NCBI GenBank assembly: GCA_030141605.1 | Contig: JAQGDQ010000119.1 | Coordinates: 124,001 to 188,000, forward strand | Origin: Tubiluchus corallicola | Taxonomy: Eukaryota > Animalia > Priapulida | DNA: 64,000 bases | Direction: 5' to 3' | Part shown: piece by piece, positions 12,588-25,013 of the stretch | Numbering within the stretch: position 1 is the stretch's first letter | Layout: each line of letters opens with the position of its first letter | Notes under the pieces: model-generated | What the model was told of the DNA's origin: nothing | The model's input: the letters and a program-made list of their open reading frames with translations, nothing else | The model's database searches: none | Translations under genes and position numbers: made by a program

Positions 12588-15500
12588 AAGGGTGGATTAA
12601 GGATTTCACGAACCTAAAGCTATCAACGAAAAAAGGGCCTAAACGAAGGGACTCATGAATAGGTCAGACTGCCGCTGAACGTCTCGGAAGCTATAAAAAA
12701 ATAATCTTTTATGAAGCTGTTCTTCAGTTTTTGTTGTTGTTCGTGATGAATGTGTATGCTTTTGTTTGTCACGCCCTTTCGCCTGAACTATGAACTATGA
12801 ATTTTATTTCACACATCAAAAAATACAATATCAAACACATTAATAAACTTTAAATAAAATAATTTGAGTAGTGCGAGGTGAGTGTACGACCATACGGTCA
12901 TTAACGCACTCACCTTACTTAAATGAAAAAATGATTATAGTTATGCATGCTTCTGTAGATAACTTAACGTAAATAAGGATGAAGTAAATGATGTAATAAC
13001 AGCAATGGTATATGAGCAATAAACCTGAAAGTTGAGAAAGGAAAACATAATATGTAATTACGACTTTGAGTGAGCCTTAAGGAGTGAACTTTTTTTAAAT
13101 AGATTATCTGTCAATGTACCACTTGCTTGTATTACAATGCACCGTATTGCTTACTTGTATATACAAAGATATATATATACACACACATATATATACCCAA
13201 ATTTAAGTGGGGGAGAAGAGATTAAATTATACACTATTCTTGTAGTAATAGCTATAATTGTATAGAACATTTAAATATAATTGATGGTAGTAATGTAGCC
13301 TTCATAACCATTAAAGATGGGCAATGGGGAGGGAGGGGGGGGGCAAATTATAAGAATATAAGTGACTCATTAGCAAAATTAATGCTACAATAATACATTC
13401 AAAATTTTTTTGTATTACTGGTATTTGCTGGTTATAAGCTAAGAGCATTTTCCAAGTGGAAACAGATACAGATATAGGCTGCGATGAATGAATAATTTCA
13501 TTTTAATTGATTTATACCTTTTATACAAGTAACAAATGTCGTAAAGATACCTATTAGTAAAAGAAAAACATTAGTGCAAAAAGACACACGTGCTCAAAAA
13601 AGAGGAAAAAAGAAAACCTCTGGTTTTCTACGCCATTGAATATTTACTATTTAAAAATATCTTATATTGTTTGGTAGCTATTTTTAACGAAGGAGAGGAA
13701 ATGATTGTCTTGGGCACACTATTCCACAAAATAACTCCATTGTGCTGTAAGGTATTTTTAAATAAAAGCCATACGCTGTGCTAAATCGTGTTTGAAAATA
13801 GTGTCCCATACTGGAAGACCTAGTATAGTGAGAGCGAACATCTTTGAATTCGGTAAAGTAGTTAGTATATAATTCAGGCAACTGGCAGTTATTATACTTA
13901 TACATAAATTTAAATAATTCAAGATTATAAATATCTTCTCTTTTCATTAAACTAAGGTGTATGTACGATGGTGTTGCATTGTCTCTGTAATAGGCGAAAG
14001 TCATGTATTTAACTATTTTATTCTGAACTGCTAATAGTGGTTGTAATAAGTATTTTTTGTTTGCCACCAAGACAACACACAGAATTGGAGGTGCGGATAG
14101 ACTAATGCATGGTAGATCATTCTCAAAATAGGCAAATTAATAAAATGTCTTAACTTTGCAAAAATACCAGCTGTTTTGTTTTATTTTGTTGCTGTAGAGG
14201 AAATGTGGGTAGACCACTTCATATTGTTGTCAATATGTAACCCAAGGTACTTTATACTACTACTTTGTGTTAGAGTTATGTCGTCAATTTTGAGTTTGAA
14301 AGTGGAAGAGTCTTGTTGTGAAAGGTTCCTACTGATTAACATGTACTTAGTTTTAGTGTAATTTACTAATAATTTATTTGCTTTCATCCAATAATCAATC
14401 TTTTTTAGTTCGTTGATAGTGCGATGTTGTAAAGTTGAATAGTTAGTAGATGTGAGGAAGAGACTTGTGTCATCAGCAAAAAGACGAGTGTTAAAATCAG
14501 TAGCAAGAGGTAGGTCATTGATATAGATCAGGAAAAGCAGCGGCCCAAGAGTGGATCCTTTAGGTACACCACAGTTTATGTCTAGCAAATCAGAGCATGT
14601 ATTGTTAATAGTGGTGAACTGTTGTCGGTTAGTTAAGTAAGATTTAAGGCGATCCAAGACAGGGCCTCTGATTCCATAATAATGTAATTTATGTAGTAGA
14701 ATATCATGTTGGACTGTGTCAAAAGCTTTAGATAAATATAGGAATATTGCATAAATGAATAGTTTTTTGTCTAAATTCAGAAACATATTTTCAACAAATT
14801 CAGAAGTAGCTAACGAAGTGGAGTAAGTTTTGCGAAAACCAAATTGAAATTTTGTTAGTATATTACATGAAGTAAGAAAATTGTTAATACAATTACAAAT
14901 AATATTTTTGAAAAATTTTGGAAACGCGGTTTTACTTTAGCTACTTTTAGACATTTAGGAAAGGTTCCTTTTGAAATTGCCATATTAAATAATCGAGAAA
15001 GTACTGGGACAATTAAATCAGTTGCTAATTTGTTTTAATCGGGACATTTTCTGGGCCAGGTGATTTATTTTCGTTAAGTTTATTGTTTCAAATGTTTCAA
15101 ATTCAGAGATAGGTCTTCGAAGTAGATGGGATTTTATTGGCCATATTACTACCTACAGACTGGAAGAATTTATTAAATGCATTAGCAATAAGAGGTAGTC
15201 ACTTGCGGTATGACCATTATTATCTACAGAGGAAGGGGCAACTTTCTGTGCTTTACTTTTAATTTTCAGTAACCTATTAATCGTGCTCCATTGCTTCTTA
15301 ATATTATTTTTGTTTACGGCAAATAAATGGTCATAATATTCTCTTTTGGATTTTTGTTTAACATGATTTAGTTTATTTGAATAAGTCTTATAATAAGTCC
15401 TTTTGAAAAGCGAATTAGAAAGTTTGTGAGATTTATAGAGCTTGCTTCTAGTTCTGATTGATTTTAAAATCCCAGTTTAAAATTCCTTAGTAAAAGAGAA

Positions 15501-16724
15501 ACAAAGGATATTGTTTCTCTTTTACTAAGTGAACAAATCGGGGCATGTTTATTAAGGGTGGTTTCAAATGATTCCAAGAAATGTGAAAAAGTATTATTTA
15601 CATTAAATTGACTATTAAAAATATTAGAAAGTGAATGCCCCAAATCGCTCAGAAAGTTCGCAGGAATAAATCTTTTAGTATCTCTTATTTGTATTTGAGA
15701 CTTGCTTTTACTTGCATAGGAAGAGTTAACAATTCCAAAGATAGGCAGATGGTCAGCCACTTCATACTGAATGATGCCAGCAGTGATGGGATTTTGAAAC
15801 TCATTAGAATAAATATGATCAATTAAGGTTTGTCAGTTGTTAGTAATGCGAGTTGGTTGAAACCTATTTGAGAATAACATATTTATATAGTTGGCAACTG
15901 AAGAAATGTCTTCGTGTTAAAGTAAATTAATATTCATGTCCCCGCAAATAAGAGCTGTGCTTCCTGACGAATTGATAAAGTTTAAGATCTTTTCCCTTTC
16001 TTCATTAAAGTGACTGATAGATTTGTTGGGGTGCCTGTACACGACGACAAATAATATAGGTGCTTTATTTCTTGATGTTTTTATCTCGACCCATAAATCA
16101 TCTACAGCTATTCTACTAACAGAGTGAGGTAAGTCGGGTGTATATTTTTCGCAGTTAAATTGAATTTCATTAATAACTTTAAATTCAAGATTGTGTTGAC
16201 TAGAAGGCGAGTTGCTGTTCGTCATTGAGGTCACCTCTGTAGAAGGTTCTAAAGTTTTGGACAATGAGAAGTATGCTGCTGCGCATGTCTAAATGTCCTA
16301 ATCTTTACAAGTGTGAAATTTTTGTGTCTAACTGACTTATGTGTCCAAATTACCCATGTGTCCAAATGATCCATGTGTCCAAAACAGACAATGTCCAAGT
16401 TACCTCCATGACCAAGACTACCTGTGTCTAACTGTTATATGGCGAAGTATCTTGAGTCCAAATGTGTGATTCTACAGTGAAAAATGATATGTTTTGTGTA
16501 CAATAAGGTTTTTAAAATTCCTCAAGTGCTTACTGGCAGTGTACAAGAAAGGAAAGCAAATCTTCTTGTTTTTAGCGTGTTCAGTTTAAATCATTTTGTT
16601 ATCCTGTTTGCTAAATAGCATTATTTTTGTGATTGCTCATCGGTCTCAGAATTGATACTGAAGACCTATCAGAATTTAGGGCGCAAGGCGTTAACTTTGT
16701 TAGTCTAATGGCTAATCCACCTCT
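12588..16724. mobile_element. hAT-like non-autonomous element that hosts the LINE
   Basis: Ends CAAGGGTGGATTA / TAATCCACCTCTG; flanks GAATCATG / GAGTCGTG look like a decayed 8-bp TSD. Boundaries approximate. Confidence 0.5.
12784..16264 (-). mobile_element. decayed, 5'-truncated non-LTR retrotransposon (CR1/L2 group; APE endonuclease + reverse transcriptase)
   Basis: APE motifs LWVEI..VVYRHP..ICGDMNINLL and ADHLPIF. RT motifs LSKAFDTV, GVPKGSTLGPLLFLIYINDL, LFADDT, KYLGLHID. Frameshifts and stops are present. The 3' end has a stem-loop (12876-12915), AATAAA and a (TTCATAG)n tail. Confidence 0.92.
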
Positions 16725-16746
16725 GGAGTCGTGGACCGCACATGAC

Positions 16747-17197
16747 CAGGGGCGTATTAACCAATAGGCTAACTAAGCTATGGCCTAGGGCGCCAAAGTT
16801 TGAGGGGCGTCACGTTTTAGAAAAAATTCTTATGCTCCTCGGAAAATATGTATAGTTTCATATTCATGTAAAGGGCACATTTTATAACACACCACAGGCA
16901 GTTGCTGACCGCAGCTTTTATATATAAAGGCCACATAACGAACAGATGCAAGGTACATGTATCACACAGCAAGCAACTGCGCAGCCTGCTTGAATATAAG
17001 TGCTTTGTAAATACATGTAATTAATAATTACCACGTAGAAACTTCTAATACACCACAAGTAATTGTTTAATGTGCTCATTACATAAACACCATAAATTCA
17101 CAATAGAGATGAACGGGACAGAACTATTAATATAGGGCGTCTATATGTTAGCATATAGAACTATTAGCATAGGGCGTAACGTCTTGATACGCCCCTG
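16747..17197. mobile_element. hAT-like MITE (CAGGGGCGTA family)
   Basis: TIR CAGGGGCGTAT / ATACGCCCCTG; perfect 8-bp TSD CACATGAC. Confidence 0.85.
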
Positions 17198-17739
17198 CAC
17201 ATGACTGTTGTTCGTTAGTTGCTAGTCTAAAAGTACAATTGCTCTACTTTTTGCCACTACCAATCTCTCTCAGCGTTGTGCAATGGTTGTGTTACTGATG
17301 CGCTGTAACAATAAGTCTAGTCATAAAATGCCACATAACAAATCAAACTGGGAGCAATTCGCTGCAGAAAAGCAAATATATCGAACATCAGCGAAGTTTT
17401 CTGTCATCCCCCGTGAATCGTTTACTTACAACACAACTCGATAACATCCGACTGTTAACGGGTTTTACAGCACCAGATTGCCTTCCCAGGGAGCCCCTAA
17501 TGACCTTGAAACTGGCTTCATTTTGTCGAACACCTTGTTAGAATCCGTCTCGCGCTTTTAATCACCGGAAAAGACTAGCCCTCAATTAGCCAAGTTTAAA
17601 GGAAATGTCATTGAAATTGGTGATAAATCATTTTAAAACTTTCTCTGAGAAGTCGTAAAACCTGTAATGACTCTCCATAAAACTGTGCTGGATAAGGGTA
17701 ACAAGACTTATAAAGAAATGTTTATCATGAAATTTTCTC

Positions 17740-17773
<34 letters not shown>

Positions 17774-18046
17774 TTTTTCTTTTTCTTTATTTTTCTTCTT
17801 GCCTTCATTTCTTTTATTCCCCTTTTGCACTCTGTTTCTCTGTACACCTTTCGACTTAACATTAAATAACGGAACAAAGAACTAGTTCGTCAAGTGGCTC
17901 ACTTCTGTTCCTATAAGAACCTGTGAAGAAAGAAATGACATCGTTCACATTTCACACCAACAATATTATGTAAACTCTAATATCACTCACTTGCAATCTA
18001 TAAAAACAAGACTTAGATTTTCGGAGCTTTCGTTTCCTCAAAAACC

Positions 18047-18393
18047 CAAGGCCGGATTTACCTGTGGCCTTAGGCCAAACTCATGAGTTGGTCCCCAATT
18101 TTATAGAAATGTTGCATGTTTCTGTACCCAATTTACATATCTTTTCAGTATCCAATATGTTTAGGTCTCTTTTGACGTATTGTACAGGGCCCCATTCTCC
18201 GGGCCCTACACTTATTGTACAGAGGCCCTTATGGTTTTGAATACATTATATATATAATGAAATACCCGGTGTAAATTTGAAGCAGGTTTATACACTGGCA
18301 GGCTGTATGACAAATTAGTTTCAATGGGTCCCCAGATACCCGTGGGCTTTATAGACCAATGGCCTACTATGCCTGTTGACAAATCCGGCCCTG
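18047..18393. mobile_element. hAT-like MITE
   Basis: TIR CAAGGCCGGATTT / AAATCCGGCCCTG with GGCC-rich subterminal repeats; TSD not evident. Confidence 0.55.
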
Positions 18394-19234
18394 CCCTTTT
18401 TATAAGACATAAAAGCGCAGCCATTTTGCTCTTTTTGTTTTTAAATCAACCGCTTCAGGTTTGACGTCGTCGACATTTTCATCAATTTTTCAAGATTAAA
18501 TTGTTGGAGTGTCAAGTGGCACCACATCCTAAAATGTCGCTGACTCACCCTCCAGAATGCACCACTTACTGACCAAAAACGTATTTTTAATCTTATTGAC
18601 AAGATACAGTAAATTAAAATTTTACTTAGTTAACAACGTGTATGCTACGAATGCTCTGATTATTTTTTCAACCTTTACACAATGTTATCTAAACTTGTTT
18701 CAAACGACCTACCATCAAAATGGCTGCGCCTAACGGTCATCGCGGGAGTCTAAATTTACACGTTTTATACACCATTACTGCCGACCCAAGCCCTGTATGC
18801 AAAAAGGAAGTATGTAAGTGGTATAATATTTTAAGACGAGTTTGTGTAAGTGAAGGGTTTTCTTGTGCTTTAAAGCCCCTATACCACGGCTATACGCCTA
18901 GAGCTGCTACTTTTCTTACCAAATGCAATTAACATTATCGACGATCTAATACAAGGTTTGTCCAGACCGGCCTTTCAATCGTGGCTTGAATTTCTGTCTC
19001 TTGTATAATAGCTGAAGTAATTATTGATGTTTCCTCTAGAGAGTCGTTTTGTATTCCATCACAATGCTTGTCATTGCCTGCAGTCCTGGCCATGACTTTG
19101 ATGAGACTATACGGGCTGATAGCCACTTACTGCAGTAAAAATTAGACGGCACTCGTTTGAAAAAAAGTCCAAATATCGAAATTTTGTCAATTAAAGGAAG
19201 ATATATACATTTTAACACAATTTATACTGCAAAT

Positions 19235-19325
19235 ATGGTGATGATGATGGTGGTGGTGGTGGCGGCGGTGGTGGTGGTGGTGGTGATGATAATGATGATG
19301 ATGATGACAACGACGACGACGACGA

Positions 19326-19356
<31 letters not shown>

Positions 19357-19465
19357 GATGATAATGATGGTGGTGGTGATGAAGATGATGATGGTGGTGG
19401 TGGTGATGTAGATGATGATGGTGGTGGTGGTGGTGATGGTGATAATGACGATGACGTTGACGACA
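19235..19465. repeat. (GAT/GGT/GAC)n trinucleotide repeat
   Basis: Read directly from the sequence; lies just upstream of the acceptor at 19537. Confidence 0.95.
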
Positions 19466-19537
19466 ATTACCGTGACAAATGCTGTGCACATGGGCTTCTA
19501 TATTAGATCTCAATTTCGAATTTCTTATCTCTTGCAG

Positions 19538-20218
19538 AACAAAGAATCTGTAGGAACAGACATCAGACCACATCACAAGACTGATGAGTTCTGGCAAAGA
19601 CTGGACGGAATGGACGCAGGTCTTCAGTCCAAAGTGCGTGTGAAGCGATTAGCTGCTTTAATGCATCGCAAAACGCCAGCTGAGATAGCAGAAGAAAACA
19701 GGAAGGCTAGTATGAGAGGTCCTCAACACCACCTGCTTACTTTGCAATTAACGACACCTGGTAGCGGACATGAAAATTACAACGACGAAGCAGCGCCATC
19801 TAACGAACAGAAAAACGACCAAATTGTTACAGACAATCAAACGGCTTACTTCTATAATGATTTAAAAGAAGAGTGGGAAAAGATGGGAGACATCTTGGAT
19901 AAAATTGCAGACGAAAGTGATAGCGAACCCAAAGAGCATGCGCTAAAACACAATGAAGGCAACAATGAGGAAAACAATGAGAAACCGCGGAAGAATTCAC
20001 AAAGTTTGAGCACAGAGACGAATAGTATAAATGATGACACAGAATCGGTGAGGATGAGCTTTAAAGGAAAGAAAGAATTAGAAGTGATTGGACAAGGAAA
20101 TTCCAGTGACTGGCCTGCACTTCAGATACCCAAGCACGTTTTCAGAAGAGGAAAAAACGCTAATCAAAAGCGGCATAAACATCATAAACAACGCAGTCGC
20201 CTGGGAAGCATTCTTTAA
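19538..20218 (+). CDS. terminal coding exon of an unidentified gene (226 aa, mostly charged/disordered C-terminus)
   Basis: Pyrimidine tract and cttgcag| acceptor at 19537 followed by a 681-nt open frame of non-repetitive, coding-like composition ending RSRLGSIL*. Upstream exons were not identified. Confidence 0.65.
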   Translation, partial: NKESVGTDIRPHHKTDEFWQRLDGMDAGLQSKVRVKRLAALMHRKTPAEIAEENRKASMRGPQHHLLTLQLTTPGSGHENYNDEAAPSNEQKNDQIVTDNQTAYFYNDLKEEWEKMGDILDKIADESDSEPKEHALKHNEGNNEENNEKPRKNSQSLSTETNSINDDTESVRMSFKGKKELEVIGQGNSSDWPALQIPKHVFRRGKNANQKRHKHHKQRSRLGSIL

Positions 20219-20901
20219 AGCACAAAAAAACCTTCATAAGCATAAAGCTTAAAAAATTCGTCTTGAAATTTTATACCTCATACATACCGCCTTTTTGCGT
20301 GCAGAGCTTGCATCGGCTGTTAACGCTGTATAAAACTTGTAAATTTAAACTCTCGCGATGACCGTAAAGTGTAGCCATTTTAATGGTAGGTCGCTTTAAA
20401 TAAGTTTAGATAACATTGCGTGAAGTTTGAAAAAATAATCAGAGCATTCGTAGCGCACACGTCACTAACTAAGTAAAATTTTAAGTTACTGTATCTTGTC
20501 AATAAGATTAAAAATACGTTTTTGGTTAGTGAGTGGTGCACCCTGGAGGGTAAGTCAGCGACATTTTACCAATCGGTGAAAACATTTTAAATGATTAAAA
20601 CTTTTCCTTTCTAGTTACATAAGTCCTTCAAGTAGGTCAGCGAAATGCTAAGTAATATAACTTTGCAGGGAACGTTTTTGGGACATAATTTAACATTGCC
20701 TTTTCTTTCCCTGATTCACGTTTGCATAGTGACATCATGTAATGGCGCGGTCGAAACAGTATTGCGGAAAATTTAAAATGAAAATAAACAAAACTTCTTT
20801 TCAATGCAAGTACGATACGCGCATAAAATTGCTGTAAAGTAATTTAACTTCTTAAGGCTAGTTTTTCTGAAACCTACTTCAGGGACCGCTTTTCTGGTCC
20901 T
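20219..20901 (+). mobile_element. Kolobok-like MITE, family 2, inserted at the TTAA overlapping the stop codon of the orphan exon
   Basis: TTAA(20215-20218)|AGCACAAAAAAA ... TTTTCTGGTCCT|TTAA(20902-20905). Confidence 0.8.
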
Positions 20902-21182
20902 TTAAGTCCAAAAACGCCACGTAATATTGTAAAATAATAGCAGGCGACAGCAACGTCAGGATTAAGGGTAGTAATTCCTCTGTTGGTCATTGGCCTTGGT
21001 CAATAAATCTTTACTAAAACAGTTCTTAGCAGGAAACTGCATCAGGCCAATGACTGTACTATGAGATATGGCAGAGCTTTTGGTTCTTTTCATAAGTGGT
21101 ATAGATCCTTGTCCGTAATAAAATTAAGGGAATAGTTCACTAATCAGTGTGTGGTCTGACTAGAGAGAAAGAGAGACAGACT

Positions 21183-21337
<155 letters not shown>

Positions 21338-21588
21338 TTAGAAACTTGCGACTTAGTGACACAAGCAAGTGGGAAGAATTAAGAACGTGATAATGATTCC
21401 GCAATCTGAATTGGAATTTTTCCAGACCTTTTGGGCTCATTAAAGCAATTACGTCTAATTTCAGAGCACACACGTTTTCAAGTCACGGCAGGCATAACGC
21501 ATTGGAACCCTGGGCAGTTGCCCGGGCACCACGAAAATAGGAGCCCCGTGCTAATCTATGTATGTTGTGACTTGCTGTCAATATTTAA

Positions 21589-22089
21589 AGGAAGGAAAGA
21601 TGATTTTTCACATACTACCCCATTTTCAAGTCGACAAAAAGTGTACATTTTAACACAATTAATACTGCAAAAGCGTTTCTGATAATGAAATAATAAGTTA
21701 AAAACTTACTTAACGGCGGACGAGTCCAACTATTGATGACATCAGAAACGAACATAATTTTCAACAGCACAAATACGCCACGAGCGTAGGTATTGCGAAA
21801 GTGGAAATTGAAGTACAGTGCTTCTGTTCGTCACAAAATAACACGTGTGAACTGAGAGGTGCAGCACCTGTTTTTGTGCGATGCATTTCCGATATCCAGG
21901 CACCAGTGCCCGTCTAACTAGAGAACAGCGTGTAATAGCGAAGAACTAGTGGCGCGATCGCGAAATTGCGTTTTTGTGGTAATAATTCTTTCACGTGAGT
22001 CATTTTTGAAAAAAATAGTATGTTTCCTTTCAATATTTTAAAGAGTAAATTGTTTTGACGTACGGTTTAAAATTGGGTCCGATTTTCCT
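21589..22089 (-). mobile_element. Kolobok-like MITE, family 1
   Basis: TTAA|AGGAAGG ... TTTTCCT|TTAA; RR..YY termini with a TTAA target are characteristic of Kolobok. Confidence 0.75.
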
Positions 22090-22682
22090 TTAAAAGCTGT
22101 ACTATACTAAACCATTTAATATTAAATTTTGTTATTCTGTTTCAAATGTTTGTGTTGATTAATCTTTGCTGTACAGCGTGTGTTTTAATGATTTTAACCC
22201 CTTATTTTGTTGGAAGCACCAATGTAATAAATACATCAGTGTTTAATTTTATCGACCATTTACATTTTTATTCCTGTGACTGATTGTGTATGTAAGTATA
22301 AGCGCCCCAGTGCCCTACTTTACCCCGGGGCCTATAATGCTGTTAAAACGGCTCTGAATCTCGGGTTAAAACAGCCATTGATGATGTATATTGTTATTAA
22401 TATGCCTTGTCTAATTTTAGTAATTTAATTAAGTTAACCTTTATTAATTTTGTTTAGTGAATCGCTCAGTACATAGTAGGATTTTTAACTATTATTTCTA
22501 TTACTGCTGCGCATTCGGATGTCATCAATTATTATGATTATAGTTATATGTACGGCTTCCTGATTGTACAAAATTTGCTAGGATTTTGACTTTTTACAGC
22601 ATATTTTCATAATTAGATCACTTGCACGATGACTGCAAACGTTAATAATATTAGGTACAGTATTCGGAACATGCATGTTCAC

Positions 22683-23098
22683 TAGGGGTGAGCATCGAAC
22701 GTTCGAGTTTGAACGCTCGAATCAAATTTGAACGAGTTTTTTTAAGTTCGAATTCGATTCGAACCTAAAATTGTAGATCAGCTCTTCAAACACATACGTG
22801 CTTTATCATTCAAACTTTTGAAACGTCATACAATTAGCATGATTTTACTTTGATTTCTGTGCACAATTTTAAACAAGTTATAATTATTAATGGTTTTACT
22901 GCAGAACAAGATCGAGTAATATGCATAATCTTTATAAGACTAATTTTTACTGGTGGTTCGAAAACTTGTTCGAAAATCTTTCAATCTCAATTCGTTCGAA
23001 ATACTGAAGTTCGGTTCGATTCGAATTCGAAAGTCACAAATTCGATTCGATTCGATTCGCATTCGCATTCGCTTTCTGGTAGAGAATGCTCACCCCTA
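22683..23098. mobile_element. hAT-like TTCGAA-rich MITE (TAGGGGTGAGCA family)
   Basis: Perfect TIR TAGGGGTGAGCAT / ATGCTCACCCCTA; TSD ATGTTCAC / ATATTTAC. Confidence 0.85.
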
Positions 23099-23907
23099 AT
23101 ATTTACATCATCTTAATTGAGCTAATAACTTATGCGTAGGCTTTATATTGTCGAGGACACCGACATATATTGAGTTTAAAGGCATCGTGTGTCTTTGCTT
23201 AAGTTTGCTAACCTTGTGCTTAAGTTTTAACCTTGCATGACAAAAATGTTCACGTATTAGTGAAATTTCTTTTGGTGTTTTTGTAATGATATTCATTATT
23301 ATTGATAGTGAATATCATTCCCAATAAATTTTACTGATCCTTAGAAACTTTCGTAAAGTTTGATCACATTCACTTGTAATCAGATATCTGGTATCTAATT
23401 TAATCTATAGCTAATGAAAAAAATTAAGTTCGTCCGTTTTAACATGTTTTATCCCTGCATCTTGCTGTTTCCTGCCGTGTTGCCATCCATGCGTCTGCTC
23501 TACTATTGGCTTCGGCGCTTCACTGCCATTTCACTGATCAATACAAGTACCGGAATACACTGTAAGTGACGCCTTCCTGTGATGGTGTAATTGTGAACAT
23601 GGTCATAATTGTCGCGGATAGGAAAATGTTTTTTTTTTGTAAAAATAGGTAATAACATAACACTTGTGTTGTAGCTTCAGAACTTGTACCATGTAATATT
23701 GTCACAGCGGTCCTATATGCTAGATTTTCTCTTCTACCTAAACTTAATTAAAATATGTAACCGCCTTATTTTTCACCCTTTTCTCCTGGTGATGTGACTT
23801 TCGTATTTGTTTCTGAAACAATCTCAGTTCCAAGTACTTACATACGATCACATGAGAAATTTTGTTATGGAAGGTTTAGCTCTGTGTTTAATAAACCTGT
23901 AATAAGC

Positions 23908-23910
<3 letters not shown>

Positions 23911-23963
<53 letters not shown>
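23911..23963. repeat. (AT)n microsatellite
   Basis: Read directly from the sequence. Confidence 0.95.
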
Positions 23964-23970
<7 letters not shown>

Positions 23971-24864
23971 ATGTTGTATGTATGCAATAAACTGATCATT
24001 GATAGATTGATTGCTTAATCGACAGAATGACATAGGCTAGCTCGGTAGCTGACGGGCTTATAAAATTAATGGAAGACGCCATTTTGTTTGTTGTTTTGCT
24101 TTGCAAGAAAAAAATAAAGCCCATAGCTTAGTCTTGGTGGAGTGAACTCACAATTGTTTAAACATTTCGATGGAAAATAGTGAAATTAGAATTGTTTAAA
24201 GTAATAAGCTGCTAATCCGCAAATTAAATTTTTTACAAAAGAAACTGGAAGATTGTTGAAGAATATGTTTTTTATCAACACATGCTGCTAATAAAAAAGT
24301 TGTATTATACATGCTTAATTCTCTATGAAATAAACAGACAGAAAAAGTATGCCAAATGAAGCCACCCAGAGCAAGCGTTGAAGAGTCACCCGTTCATTCA
24401 CTAATCTGCTATAACATTGCTAAACTTGGCTCACACACTGTTATAACATTTTATTTGTATGGCTCCAACATATGGGATCATATAGCAAGGAAACATGCAA
24501 ATTCGGTGAAAATAGTTATAACGTACGTTCCCTAAACTTTAGCTGCATAAATAAAATACTTTCGTGGTTAACCATATAGTTATACAAGTCATTCATTAAA
24601 CAATTCAAGTTTAGCGACTTAACTCATGCGTTTATCTAAGTCATTGCAAAAAGTCGAGGAGTATGCGAACCTTTGCAGCTATTTCTGAGTTCATTTACGT
24701 AAAGGATAAATATAGCTATGTAGGGCAACCTAGCTGAGCTAATCGGCACAATGAGGAACCTCGAAATACGAACCCAGATAGGCAGACACCTCGACTTTGG
24801 CTTCTTTCAGACAGTAATTCTAGTTCTAGAGTGAGTGCGCCTGGTCGTGGCAATCATCAATACC

Positions 24865-25013
24865 ATGGAATTTGTCGAAGATCTCTCCTGTTTAGAGTTT
24901 GACACTGGAACACCTGTTCCATGGGTGACAATGGCAAGTCCTGTGACAAAATTGCTGGAGTTTATGATGCTTATAGGACAACTTAAAAGAGTAAAACGAG
25001 CAGGATGGATAAG
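24865..25013 (+). CDS. HDDC2: HD domain-containing protein 2-like 5'-deoxynucleotidase, coding exon 1
   Basis: ATG in ACCATGG context at 24865 (alternative ACAATGG at 24931). Encodes ...LLEFMMLIGQLKRVKRAGWI(R), matching the HDDC2 N-terminal GQLKRxxRxGW motif. Phase-2 donor AG|GTGATC at 25014. Confidence 0.88.

Noticed and set aside
13684-16264. Active or domesticated reverse transcriptase
   Set aside because: Fragmented by frameshifts and stops, with substitutions in conserved motifs (FLYLSKAFD, GVPKGS); 5'-truncated.
16322-16465. Short spaced repeats resembling a CRISPR array
   Set aside because: Degenerate ~16-bp tandem units without unique spacers, in a eukaryotic context with no cas genes.
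19157-19597. Poly-His, poly-Met/Val ORFs and the N-terminus of the 268-aa ORF at 19412
   Set aside because: Derived from the trinucleotide repeat; the coding-like part begins at the acceptor at 19537.
23450-23630. GC-richer block upstream of HDDC2 as an exon of a divergent gene
   Set aside because: No convincing ORF, paired splice sites or recognisable motif.
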